Shown: positions 28,915-38,150 of the stretch, in pieces
Numbering within the stretch: the stretch's first letter is position 1
Layout of the letters: each line of letters opens with the position of its first letter
Source of the DNA: an uncultured Nitrospirales bacterium
GTDB lineage: Bacteria; Nitrospirota; Nitrospiria; Nitrospirales; NS-4
Length of the DNA stretch: 64,000 nucleotides
NCBI GenBank assembly: GCA_964610095.1
Contig: CAZSUT010000003.1
Location: 19,278 to 83,277 of the forward strand
Direction of reading: 5' to 3'
Program-made: the position numbers and the translations under genes
The notes under the pieces: model-generated
What the model saw: only the letters and a program-made list of their open reading frames with translations
What the model was told of the DNA's origin: nothing
Database searches by the model: none

Positions 28915-28943
28915 TATCTAACACAGGTGTCCACCTTTGTCAA
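28915..28943 (-). promoter_or_regulatory. Putative sigma70 promoter heading the respiratory cluster
   Basis: Minus strand TTGACA-N17-TAGATA. Confidence 0.6.
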
Positions 28944-29003
28944 TAAAATCAGTCCGCCTCTACTCCTCCCCAAACGGGGCGGAACACAGGGCTAACCCGT
29001 AAG

Positions 29004-29810
29004 CTAAGAGTGTGCCTGCGAGGACGCGGCCAGCCCGAAAATGTCGGCATAGGCGGCGCCCAGCATGCTCCCGGAAACCGCCACCCCGACGGCCCCGCCC
29101 ACCAGCATTCCAGTCACCACCCCGATCACCATACCCAGGTTGACCGTGAGGCCCATGTCAGGGACTGCGAAGGGCAGTTCAGCCAGGCTCACCTCCGGGA
29201 AAACACCGGAAAGTCCATAGCCGATCGGTATTCCCAGAACCCCGGTTCCGATTATGCCGCTGATGCCGATCAGGAGGAGCATCACCAGCGTCAATCCAAA
29301 GACGCCCCACCAGTGCTTGTTCACGACCCGGCGGCTGCCTTCAAGAGCCTGCCAGACCCCCACTCGCCGATCCACGATCAGCAGGTAGGAAAAGGTATAG
29401 GCAACTAACAAGTAGATGCCGGGAAAGATCAAGAAAATGAACCCGATGACAATGAGAAGAAGACCGATGATGGTACACCAGGCCAATTGAGCCGTGGTTG
29501 TCCAGTCAGGAAAGAAATCGCCGAACGCCGCGTTCCCGCCCCTGGGATGCTTCCACGTGACAATGGCCAGGCCTGCCAGCATCACGACCTGGAGCACGAT
29601 GCTGATCACTTGCCCGACGACGGGCGCCAGCAGCGGAACAGCCTGGGAGGCGAACGTCAACGCCAGCGTGAACCCGAGAAACCCGACCGGATTGTCCGTA
29701 AAGGCGTCCCAGCCCTGCCGGAGGTATTCGAAGGTTTTGACGGTATAGCCGCGCGCGAGGATGTCTTCAATGTGGTGGGCGCCGGAAGCTGTGCTATCGT
29801 CGGCCATCAC
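29004..29810 (-). CDS. Hypothetical integral membrane protein
   Basis: About six TM helices; GIYLLVAYTFSYLLIVD..ALEGSRRVV..WW pattern common in uncharacterised membrane proteins. Confidence 0.65.
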   Translation of the reverse strand: MMADDSTASGAHHIEDILARGYTVKTFEYLRQGWDAFTDNPVGFLGFTLALTFASQAVPLLAPVVGQVISIVLQVVMLAGLAIVTWKHPRGGNAAFGDFFPDWTTTAQLAWCTIIGLLLIVIGFIFLIFPGIYLLVAYTFSYLLIVDRRVGVWQALEGSRRVVNKHWWGVFGLTLVMLLLIGISGIIGTGVLGIPIGYGLSGVFPEVSLAELPFAVPDMGLTVNLGMVIGVVTGMLVGGAVGVAVSGSMLGAAYADIFGLAASSQAHS

Positions 29811-29839
29811 CGCTGCAGGCCTCTCGGGGACGGAGTGGA

Positions 29840-30238
29840 TTACAAGTGGCCGCGGGCTTGGGCTTCCGCCGCGATGCGCGCGGCTTCCGCCTTGCGCTCC
29901 GATTCCTTCTTCTTGACCCAGGACTCCCAGGACTTCCCGGATGCGGTGTCTTCGCCGGTAAAAGCGATCGCCACGATGTTAGCGTAGGAAATCTTCATCT
30001 CGCCGGGCTGTCCCTTGGGAAAGAGCTGCAGGAACGGCGGTGAAGCCAACGCGTTGCGATTGAAAATATACCCCTTGATCTTTTGTCCGGATGTCAGTTC
30101 CAGCGTCACATCGCCGCGGTAGTCGAAGGCGAGCTCGACAGCTTCTCGCAGCTCCGCTTCGTTCGCCGGCCGGAAGATCCGACCTTCAACGGAAGGGGCA
30201 CTGGTGCTGTGGGGTTGAGCGTCAGGCACAATGCGCAA
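29840..30238 (-). CDS. Hypothetical protein, possibly Sm-like fold, directly downstream of hpnH
   Basis: DYRGDVTLELTSGQKIKGYIFN beta pattern; 4-nt gap to hpnH. Confidence 0.6.
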   Translation of the reverse strand: MRIVPDAQPHSTSAPSVEGRIFRPANEAELREAVELAFDYRGDVTLELTSGQKIKGYIFNRNALASPPFLQLFPKGQPGEMKISYANIVAIAFTGEDTASGKSWESWVKKKESERKAEAARIAAEAQARGHL

Positions 30239-30242
30239 ACAA

Positions 30243-31259
30243 CTAGCGGGCGGTCGGCATCAGCGTGGCCACAACGGTCCGGCCAAATCCTCGGATGGTG
30301 CTGAAGGTGTCATGCACGGCCGACGCTTCATAGCCGCAATGGACCATGCAGTCGGCGCACTTCTCGTTCCGGCCGGTCCCGTAGTTATCCCAGTTCGTGT
30401 CCTCGATGAGCTGCCTGAAGGTCGCGGTGTAGCCGTCTTGGAGGAGGTAACACGGCTTCTGCCAGCCGAATATGTTGTAGGTGGGATTGCCCCACGGCGT
30501 ACACTGGTAATCCACTTTACCCATGAGGAAGTCCAGAAAGAGCGGCGACTGGTTGAACCGCCAGTGCTTCTTGGGCTTGTGCAGAATGCGCGCGAACACC
30601 TCCCGAGTCCGCTGCCGTTTGAGGAAGTTCTTCTGATCGGGCGCTTTCTCGTAACTGTACCCCGGCGAGATCATCATCCCTTCGACGCCCAGCTCCATCA
30701 TTGCGTCGAAGAACTTCCTCACACGCTCGGGAGCGGCATCGTTAAACAGAGTCGTATTGGTCGTGACCCGGAACCCGCGCGCGAGGGCTGCCTTGATCGC
30801 CCGGACAGCCACGTCATAGACGCCGTCCCGGCAGACTGCCATGTCATGCTCCTCCTGGAGCCCATCCATGTGGATGCTGAACGTCAGATACTTGGACGGG
30901 GTGTAGTCGTCGAGCTTGCGCTCCATCAAAATGGCGTTTGTGCAGAGATAGACGTACTTCTTCCGCTCGACCAGCCCCTTCACGATAAGCGGCATTTCCG
31001 GGTGGATGAGCGGCTCCCCGCCGGGGACGCTCACGATCGGCGCGCCGCACTCGTCCGCGGCCGCCCAGCACTGCTCCGGCGTCAGGCGCTTGTCCAGGAC
31101 GTGATCGGGGTACTGGATCTTCCCGCAGCCGGCGCACGCGAGATTGCAGCGAAACAGGGGCTCTAGCATCAGCACTAGCGGGTACCGCTTGACCCCCTTG
31201 AGCTTCTGGGCCAGCACGTACGATGCGACGGTGAACATCTGGGAGACAGGAACGGCCAT
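30243..31259 (-). CDS. hpnH: Adenosyl-hopene transferase (radical SAM)
   Basis: LMLEPLFRCNLACAGCGK, CTPWGNPT, CADCMVHCGYE. Confidence 0.93.
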   Translation of the reverse strand: MAVPVSQMFTVASYVLAQKLKGVKRYPLVLMLEPLFRCNLACAGCGKIQYPDHVLDKRLTPEQCWAAADECGAPIVSVPGGEPLIHPEMPLIVKGLVERKKYVYLCTNAILMERKLDDYTPSKYLTFSIHMDGLQEEHDMAVCRDGVYDVAVRAIKAALARGFRVTTNTTLFNDAAPERVRKFFDAMMELGVEGMMISPGYSYEKAPDQKNFLKRQRTREVFARILHKPKKHWRFNQSPLFLDFLMGKVDYQCTPWGNPTYNIFGWQKPCYLLQDGYTATFRQLIEDTNWDNYGTGRNEKCADCMVHCGYEASAVHDTFSTIRGFGRTVVATLMPTAR

Positions 31260-31367
31260 CCTCGGTTCCTAGGTAACAGTTAGAGAAGGACTCTATCACC
31301 CCCGAAGCATCAGCGTCAATGCTTGCTTGTCGGAACACCCGCCGGGGTGTGATAGACTCTACCACCT

Positions 31368-31724
31368 ATGATCGATCCGGCCAAGATCGAAGCGGGCCAC
31401 GAGCTTGACAGACTGATCGCGGAAACCGTGATGGGGCTCAACCCGAGAGAGCCGATCCCGCCCTACTCCACCGACATTGCGGCCGCCTGGACGGTGGTCG
31501 AGAAGATGATCCATGAAGACGGGGTGTATTTCGGCGCGCCGCATTTCAAGCACAAACATCAGAACCTCGCCTCGCTCGGCTATCCCGAGGGCACCGAGTG
31601 CTGGTACTGCGTCATCAACACCAAGCTGTTGAACAAGGTCGTGCTCTGCGCCGACACCGCTCCTCTCGCCATCTGCCGCATCGCCCTCCTCTGGGCCCTC
31701 AACCACGGCCCGCTCGCGGCTTAG
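31368..31724 (+). CDS. BC1872-like / phage ABA-sandwich domain protein
   Basis: AGHELDRLIAE.VMG, PPYSTDIAAAW.VVEKM, ADTAPLAICR.AL. Confidence 0.65.
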   Translation: MIDPAKIEAGHELDRLIAETVMGLNPREPIPPYSTDIAAAWTVVEKMIHEDGVYFGAPHFKHKHQNLASLGYPEGTECWYCVINTKLLNKVVLCADTAPLAICRIALLWALNHGPLAA

Positions 31725-31741
31725 AGGGGTTGAATGAAAAG

Positions 31742-31785
31742 GGGGACAGGCAGCTTTTCTGAAGACAGAAAACCAGCGCGTCCCC
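31742..31785. repeat. Degenerate hairpin (terminator or REP/MITE remnant) between the ABA gene and tRNA-Cys
   Basis: GGGGAC..TTTTCTG-aaga-CAGAAAA..GTCCCC nested inverted arms. Confidence 0.4.
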
Positions 31786-31857
31786 AAACAAAGATCACTG
31801 GTAGTATTGAATCTCCGCCCCTATTTGATCGAAAGGGCCGGCTCCGCAAGCGAGGTT

Positions 31858-31933
31858 TGGAGGCGCCGGGCGGGATCGAACCGCCGCATCGCAGTTTTGC
31901 AGACTGCTCCCTTAGCCACTTGGGTACGGCGCC
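31858..31933 (-). tRNA. tRNA-Cys(GCA)
   Basis: GGCGCCG..GCAGT-CTGCAAA-ACTGC..GTTCGA..CGGCGCC-T-CCA. Confidence 0.97.
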
Positions 31934-31945
31934 TTGTGAATGCGG

Positions 31946-31975
31946 ATTATAACCGGATCTGGCGGTCCGGCTCAA
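31946..31975 (-). promoter_or_regulatory. Putative promoter of tRNA-Cys, overlapping the ispG stop
   Basis: TTGAGC-N18-TATAAT. Confidence 0.55.
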
Positions 31976-33153
31976 ACCTTGATGATGGGAATGTCTTTCT
32001 TCGCCGAAGCAGATTGAGCGGGAGCTGTTCCAGGTGAGGTTTCAGCCTGCCCGTCGTGGCCATTGTCCCCGTTGCCGGAGGACGCGGCCTCCCGTTCCTT
32101 GGCCATGATCTCGATCTCGGCCAGCAGCGTCTCCATCAACTCTTCCGACTTCACCTTCCGGACCAGCTTGCCTTCTTTGAACAGGATCCCGTGGCCTTCC
32201 CCGCCGGCGATGCCGATGTCGGCTTCCTTGCCCTCGCCGATCCCGTTGACGACGCAGCCAAGCACCGACACCGTCAGCGGTACGCGGACATGGCCGAGCC
32301 GCTTCTCGATCTCATTGGCCAGCTTGACGACGTCGATTTCCACACGGCCGCACGTCGGACAGGCGATGACGTTCACTCCGCGATGGCGCAGTTCGAGGGC
32401 TTTCAGGATTTCGAAGCCGACCTTAACCTCTTCCACCGGATCGGCCGCCAGCGAGACGCGGATCGTATCCCCGATCCCATCGGCCAGGAGCATCCCGATC
32501 CCGATCGCGGACTTGACGGACCCTGTTAGCAGCGTGCCCGCTTCCGTGACGCCCAGGTGCAAGGGGTAGTCGGACTGCAGGGCGAACAGGCGGTACGCGT
32601 CCACCATCAAATGCACGTCCGAGGCCTTGAGCGACACCTTCATGTTGGTGAACCCGATATCCTCCAGCGCGTGCACGGCGTTCAGGGCCGATTCCGCCAG
32701 CGCCTCGGCTGTGGGATAGCCGTACTTGGCCAGGAGTTCCCGCTCCAGCGAGCCGCCATTCACGCCGATCCGCAACGGGATGTTCCGCTCCCGCACGACC
32801 TTGACGACCTCTTCCACCTTCCACCAGGCGCCGATGTTGCCTGGGTTGATCCGCACGCAGTCCACCACCTCGGCCGCCTTTAGCGCCATGCGGTGATCGA
32901 AATGGATGTCGGCGATGATAGGAATCGTCGTCTGTTTCTTGATGGCCGGGAGCGCCTTGGCCGCCTCCGGTGTGTTGACCGTCACTCGCGCGATCTCGCA
33001 GCCGGCCAGCTCCAACTGGTGGATCTGCTCGACGGTGGCCTTCACGTCGGCGGTGTCGGGTGTCGTCATCGATTGGACCACGATCGGGGCCCCGCCCCCA
33101 ATGGGGACGTTCCCCACTCGGATCTGTCTCGTCTTGCGTCGCTTGATGAACAT
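31972..33153 (-). CDS. ispG: (E)-4-hydroxy-3-methylbut-2-enyl-diphosphate synthase
   Basis: VVQSMT, ADIHFD, RINPGNIG, RIGVNGGSL, CPTCGR and GCVVNG.GE. Confidence 0.95.
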   Translation of the reverse strand: MFIKRRKTRQIRVGNVPIGGGAPIVVQSMTTPDTADVKATVEQIHQLELAGCEIARVTVNTPEAAKALPAIKKQTTIPIIADIHFDHRMALKAAEVVDCVRINPGNIGAWWKVEEVVKVVRERNIPLRIGVNGGSLERELLAKYGYPTAEALAESALNAVHALEDIGFTNMKVSLKASDVHLMVDAYRLFALQSDYPLHLGVTEAGTLLTGSVKSAIGIGMLLADGIGDTIRVSLAADPVEEVKVGFEILKALELRHRGVNVIACPTCGRVEIDVVKLANEIEKRLGHVRVPLTVSVLGCVVNGIGEGKEADIGIAGGEGHGILFKEGKLVRKVKSEELMETLLAEIEIMAKEREAASSGNGDNGHDGQAETSPGTAPAQSASAKKDIPIIKV

Positions 33154-33155
33154 GC

Positions 33156-35051
33156 CTACCGACGCTCCACTCCCAGAATCGTCATCGTGTAGAGAGCTTT
33201 GGCTTCCTCATACATGCCGTCCGCCGTCAGCCCGCACTGCACGCGCAGGAGGTCTTGCGGCCCCTGCTCGATGTACTTGTCAGGCAGCCCCAGCACTTTG
33301 GTCGGCATGTGCACAATCCCCTGGTCCGACAGCGCCTCCAGCACCGCCGAACCGAATCCGCCCATGCGGCAGCCTTCTTCCACCGTCACCATGCACTTCG
33401 CCTGACGAGCCACCTGCGCGATCAATGCATGATCGAGCGGCTTGACGAACCGAGCGTTGACGACGGCGGCTGAGATCCCCTCGTCCGCCAGCCGCTCGGC
33501 CGCCTCCAGCGCCGGAAGGACCGTGATGCCAATGGCGACCAACGCCACATCATATCCCTCCCGCAGCAGTTCCGCCCGGCCGATCGGCAGCGCCTTGGGC
33601 TCGGCGTCCATGGGCACGCCCCACGCGCTCCCGCGGGAGTACCGCACGGAGGCCGGCCCTTCGTAGCTCAGGCACGTCTTCACCATGTGCTGCAGCTCGT
33701 TCTCGTCCTTGGGCGCCATCACCACCATGTTCGGCACATGTCGCAGGTAGGCGTAATCGAAGGCCCCGTGGTGAGTCGTCCCGTCCTCGGCTACCAACCC
33801 GCCTCGATCGATCAGGATCGTCACCGGCAAGTTCTGGGTCGCCACGTCGTGCACCACCTGATCGAAAGCGCGCTGAAGGAAGGTGGAATACATCGCCACG
33901 ACCGGCCGCGCGCCCTGCGTCGCCAAGCCAGCCGCGAAGGTCAGCGCGTGTTGCTCGGCGATGCCCACGTCGTGAAACCGGTCCGGGAACTCCTTTTGGA
34001 AGGCGGTCAACCCCGTCCCTTCGCACATGGCCGCCGTGATGGCGACAATGCGCCGGTCTTCGCGAGCCAGCCGGCACAGCGTCTTGATGGCCACCGCCGT
34101 ATAGGACGGCTTCGTGCTGGACTTGGCGGGCTGGCCCGTGTCTCGAATGAACGGCGAACAGGCGTGGAACCAGACCGGGTCCTTCATGGCCGGCTCATAC
34201 CCCCTGCCTTTCTTGGTGATCACGTGAAGCAGCGTCGGCCTTTTCAGTTTGAGCACGTTTTCGAGGGTCGACAGGAGATGCTCAAAGTTGTGTCCGTCGA
34301 TCGGCCCGACGTACCGGAAGCCCAGTTCCTCGAAGAGAACGCCGGGAAGCACCAGGCCCTTGGCCAATTCCTCGGCCCGGTGGGCGAGCCGTGTCAGTTG
34401 ATCGCCGACCCGCGGGATCGCCTTGAGCAGGTGCTTAGCTTCCTCCCGAATATGGGTAGCGAAGTCGCCGGTGAAGGTGCGATTTAAATAGGCCGAGAGC
34501 GACCCCACGTTCCTGGAGATGGACATCTGGTTGTCGTTGAGAATGACCAGCAGGTCCTTCTGCAGGCCGCCGACGTGCTGCATGGCTTCCAAGGTCATGC
34601 CGGAGGTCATCGCCCCGTCGCCCACGACGCAGACCACCTTGTGGTGCTGCCCCGCAAGGTCCCGCGCCACCGCCATGCCGATCGCCGCCGACACTCCGGT
34701 GCCGGCGTGCCCCGCGTTGAACGTGTCGTAGATGCTCTCCTCGCGCTTGCAGAAGCCGCTGAGCCCACCGTACTGCCGCAACGTGTGGAAGTGCTCGCGC
34801 CGACCCGTCAGCAGCTTATGCGCGTAGGCCTGATTGCTGGTGTCCCACACGATCTTGTCCTTGGGCGTGTCAAGCAGGTAGTGCAACGCCAACGTGAGCT
34901 CCACCACACCAAGGTTCGAGGCCAGATGTCCCCCGACAGCGGATGCCACCGAGATGATCTGCTCGCGGATCTCCTCGGCCAACACAGGCAGTTGCTCAAC
35001 CGACACCCGCTTCAAATCGGCCGGGCTGTCAATCGTCTTTAATATGGACAT
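33156..35051 (-). CDS. dxs: 1-deoxy-D-xylulose-5-phosphate synthase
   Basis: GGHLASNLGVVELT, GDGAMT..LNDNQMSIS, DVGIAEQHA, DRGGLV.EDG.THHG. Confidence 0.96.
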   Translation of the reverse strand: MSILKTIDSPADLKRVSVEQLPVLAEEIREQIISVASAVGGHLASNLGVVELTLALHYLLDTPKDKIVWDTSNQAYAHKLLTGRREHFHTLRQYGGLSGFCKREESIYDTFNAGHAGTGVSAAIGMAVARDLAGQHHKVVCVVGDGAMTSGMTLEAMQHVGGLQKDLLVILNDNQMSISRNVGSLSAYLNRTFTGDFATHIREEAKHLLKAIPRVGDQLTRLAHRAEELAKGLVLPGVLFEELGFRYVGPIDGHNFEHLLSTLENVLKLKRPTLLHVITKKGRGYEPAMKDPVWFHACSPFIRDTGQPAKSSTKPSYTAVAIKTLCRLAREDRRIVAITAAMCEGTGLTAFQKEFPDRFHDVGIAEQHALTFAAGLATQGARPVVAMYSTFLQRAFDQVVHDVATQNLPVTILIDRGGLVAEDGTTHHGAFDYAYLRHVPNMVVMAPKDENELQHMVKTCLSYEGPASVRYSRGSAWGVPMDAEPKALPIGRAELLREGYDVALVAIGITVLPALEAAERLADEGISAAVVNARFVKPLDHALIAQVARQAKCMVTVEEGCRMGGFGSAVLEALSDQGIVHMPTKVLGLPDKYIEQGPQDLLRVQCGLTADGMYEEAKALYTMTILGVERR

Positions 35052-35104
35052 CTCTTAAAAACCCTCCGAAAATCGAGCCATTTTCACACAGCAATGCCTG
35101 AGAG

Positions 35105-35740
35105 TCAAGGAACCCGCTCGCTGGAGCGCGGCCAAAACACCGAGATTCCGGCGTAGGCAAGGGTCGAATTCAGTCCGAGATTGCGGTGGCCGAAATCTGC
35201 ATTCGAGATGTGATGGAAACGAACGCCGATCGTCAGTGCTACCCTCTCCGTCGCGAAGTAGTGGAGGCCTGGACCGCTCTCCGTGACGAAGTTAAACTGT
35301 GTACTTTGCTCCGGAATACGCGGAGCCAGGTTTGTCCAAAGCATGCCCAGCCCGACATCCCAATAGGGCATCCACCGCCCGAACGAGAGGAAATTGTATT
35401 TAAACACGAGGGAGCCGCCGGCTGCTGAAGCTCCAAATGGCTTGAAATAGTGCGCGTATAACGGTTCAAAAAGGAGTTCCAAGTTCCCCGCGAAGAACCC
35501 TTTGCCTACCTCGGGGGTCAGCACCATTCCGATTCGTGGAAGGACATAGAGGGCGCTGCGGTTGCTCGAGACAGAAGTGAACGTGTCGTTCCCTTGGAGA
35601 TACCCTGTCACCAATCCAGCCTCGATCGTGCCAGCGCGCACGATCGTGTGGGCCTGTGGTGAATCCTCCGCTTGGGCATCAGGAGCGAAGGCCATCGCCG
35701 ATCCAACGAGCAGCACCCACGCCAGCAGCAGCCGTCTCAT
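35105..35740 (-). CDS. pagL: PagL-like lipid A 3-O-deacylase (outer-membrane beta-barrel)
   Basis: Signal peptide; FNF...G.G and RFHHISNA..N.GLNS (catalytic His-Ser region). Confidence 0.78.
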   Translation of the reverse strand: MRRLLLAWVLLVGSAMAFAPDAQAEDSPQAHTIVRAGTIEAGLVTGYLQGNDTFTSVSSNRSALYVLPRIGMVLTPEVGKGFFAGNLELLFEPLYAHYFKPFGASAAGGSLVFKYNFLSFGRWMPYWDVGLGMLWTNLAPRIPEQSTQFNFVTESGPGLHYFATERVALTIGVRFHHISNADFGHRNLGLNSTLAYAGISVFWPRSSERVP

Positions 35741-35770
35741 TTCTGCTCCTTTCGCTTTGCTTGGCCCGTG

Positions 35771-36979
35771 CTAGAAGGGAAAGTCCAGCCCCGCGAAGAC
35801 GGCTTGCCCCTCATTGCCCGTCGCAAAATCCACCCGGCCCACCACATTGGGACGTGAGATCGCCCGAAACCCGATCCCGGGGTTGGCTTCGTACTGGGAG
35901 AAGGCCCTGTATCGGAACGTGTTGGCCACCTTGCCAACATCGAGGAAAGGCGCCGTCTCCACTTCGGCTATGGTTCCGAAGATCCGCAAGTGAAACAATT
36001 GAATCCGCTCTTCAAAGTTGAAGACGAGGGAGTGATTGTCAACGAACCGGCCCACGCCGAAGGCGCGCAAGGTGTTCTGCCCCCCCAAACTGCTCCGCTC
36101 GAAGAAGGGAACTGCATCGCCGCCGACCGTGGCTTCCAGCCTGCCTCGAAAGACGAAGGTGTACTGCTTGGTGGCGTTCGGAAGCAGCACCCGGTATTCA
36201 ATACCATACCGACTGAATATCGTATTCGTACTGGCCGTGAGGGTCTGCGCCAGCTCCGCAAACATCGAAAAGTAGTGACCGATCGTGGGTGTTACCGTGT
36301 CGTCTCGTGTGTCGTTCAAGTACGCCAGCTTGTGGCCCCACACCGTCCCCCCGCCCGTCCCCTTGATCGCGGGAAACACCAACTGCGTGAAGGGGATGTC
36401 CGGCACCGCGCCCGGCTGGATCTCGACGTTCCGGAGCCGCTCTGTCCAGAGCACCCGCTCGTTCGGTCCGATGTAGAGCCCTGTCGTGATATGACCGAGC
36501 AACTCGCGGTCGGTGTAGTTGGTCTCCTGGGCCGGCGAGGTCTGGCTGCCGATGCCGAAGAACCGCGCCGTCGCGTTCTTGAAGAACCCGACATTCGTCT
36601 CCAGGCTGAAGCGGCCCCCCAGCAGGAAGAGATTCCGATAGCTGTAGAGGAATTTCCGCTCGGTCTTCTCTGTGTACGATGCAATGAGTTTGTATTCCTC
36701 GCCCCGAGTCGGATATTGATAGATATTCATCACCGCACGCGAGCCGACGAACTCGTTGTGGATGAACATCGGCGCGATGATCTGGGTGATGCGCTGCTCT
36801 TCGTCTGCGAAAATGTACGGGACGATCACCCCGACGTCCACGCCGTCGTTCTTCGACGTCGCGACGGCCGGAATCACAAAATAGGATCGCTCTTCGGCGG
36901 ATGCCGGAAATGGGGACAGCAGAGCCGGTGCCATGGCGCACAGCATCACGAGCCCGGCACGGCGAAGGCGACGTGCCAC
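35771..36979 (-). CDS. Omp85/BamA-TamA family outer-membrane barrel with no POTRA domains
   Basis: Signal peptide followed directly by amphipathic strands; LGGQNTLRAF (VRGF-like lid loop); PFLDVG; terminal GLDFPF. Confidence 0.78.
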   Translation of the reverse strand: MARRLRRAGLVMLCAMAPALLSPFPASAEERSYFVIPAVATSKNDGVDVGVIVPYIFADEEQRITQIIAPMFIHNEFVGSRAVMNIYQYPTRGEEYKLIASYTEKTERKFLYSYRNLFLLGGRFSLETNVGFFKNATARFFGIGSQTSPAQETNYTDRELLGHITTGLYIGPNERVLWTERLRNVEIQPGAVPDIPFTQLVFPAIKGTGGGTVWGHKLAYLNDTRDDTVTPTIGHYFSMFAELAQTLTASTNTIFSRYGIEYRVLLPNATKQYTFVFRGRLEATVGGDAVPFFERSSLGGQNTLRAFGVGRFVDNHSLVFNFEERIQLFHLRIFGTIAEVETAPFLDVGKVANTFRYRAFSQYEANPGIGFRAISRPNVVGRVDFATGNEGQAVFAGLDFPF

Positions 36980-36985
36980 CTGATC

Positions 36986-37636
36986 TCATCGGCTCCGGGC
37001 CGAATCGTCGCCGGCAGGGCCAGGGGCTTTGATGTGTTCCGCCTTCTCCCGAAGCTGCTTGGTCAGCGCGGTAAACGAATCCTTGCGGAGGATTCTTTTG
37101 AACTGTTCGCGATAGTTCTGGACGAGGCCGGTGCCCTCCACCACCACATCATAGACGCGCCAGTCCCCCGATGCCATCTCCATCTTATAGATGATGTCCA
37201 GCGCAGTTTTGCCGTTGTCGATCTTCGTATAGACTTCCGCGTACTCGCCATCGACGATCTCTTTGGGGTATTGGATCTTCTCCCCGGTGTAATTCTCGAT
37301 TTTTCCTAAATACGAGTTGGCCAGGAGGGTCTGGAAGGAGGCTGCAAAATCCTTTTGCTCCTCCGGCGTTCGTTTGTTCCACTCGGCTCCCAGGGCCCGC
37401 CGTGACATTTCGAGAAAATTGAACCTCTGGGCGATCGTCCGCTCAAGCAGCTTCCGTCGCTCTTCCTTCTTCTCGGGTTTCTTCCACGCCGGGTCCTCGA
37501 GAATACGAACCACCTCATCGACGGACTTCCTGACCGCATCTGTGGGAGACCCTGCCCATGCCGTCTCGCCGAGCATCCCTCCCCCGACCAAACCACCGAT
37601 CAGGAGAGCAACCCAGAAATCTTTACACCGTTGCAT
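36986..37636 (-). CDS. mlaC: MlaC/Ttg2D (HpnM-like) periplasmic lipid-binding protein
   Basis: FNF.EMSRRALG..W, WRVYDVVVEG..LV.NYR.QF. Confidence 0.88.
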   Translation of the reverse strand: MQRCKDFWVALLIGGLVGGGMLGETAWAGSPTDAVRKSVDEVVRILEDPAWKKPEKKEERRKLLERTIAQRFNFLEMSRRALGAEWNKRTPEEQKDFAASFQTLLANSYLGKIENYTGEKIQYPKEIVDGEYAEVYTKIDNGKTALDIIYKMEMASGDWRVYDVVVEGTGLVQNYREQFKRILRKDSFTALTKQLREKAEHIKAPGPAGDDSARSR

Positions 37637-37683
37637 GACGTCTCTCCTCTTGCACTGTCAGCATGGCAGAACGGACGACAGAC

Positions 37684-38130
37684 TCACTTGACGTTGCCAT
37701 GAATAAACTCTCCGATCAGCGATTCCAGATCCACACCCGATTCCGTGTCACGGATCTTGCTTCCCGGCGGCAGCTCTTTCTGCGACCCGCCGGGCGAGAT
37801 CGCCACGTACTTGTCGCCGATCAGCCCGCGTGTCTTGATCGACGCGATGGCATCGCCATAAATCTTCACGCCAGGATGGAGAGACAACACCACGAGCGCC
37901 CGGTCGTCCTTCAGCCCGATTCGCTTCACTTGGCCGACCTGCACCCCAGCGATCTCCACGGTCGCGCCCGTCTTGAGCCCCGCGACGGAATCGAATTCCG
38001 CTTGGACCTCAATCTGATTCCCACCCCCGATGACTTCGAGCTTGCCGAGCTTGACCGCCATGTACGTCAAGGCGGCGAGGCCGACCAGGACGAAGACCCC
38101 GACGATGAGTTCTAGTTTCGTGTCATGCAT
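37684..38130 (-). CDS. mlaD: MCE-domain protein MlaD
   Basis: VGVFVL TM, FDSVAGLK.GA.V.IAGV.VG.V, IKTRGLIGDKY. Confidence 0.92.
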   Translation of the reverse strand: MHDTKLELIVGVFVLVGLAALTYMAVKLGKLEVIGGGNQIEVQAEFDSVAGLKTGATVEIAGVQVGQVKRIGLKDDRALVVLSLHPGVKIYGDAIASIKTRGLIGDKYVAISPGGSQKELPPGSKIRDTESGVDLESLIGEFIHGNVK

Positions 38131-38150
38131 GGGTACCGGGCCTCCTGGAC

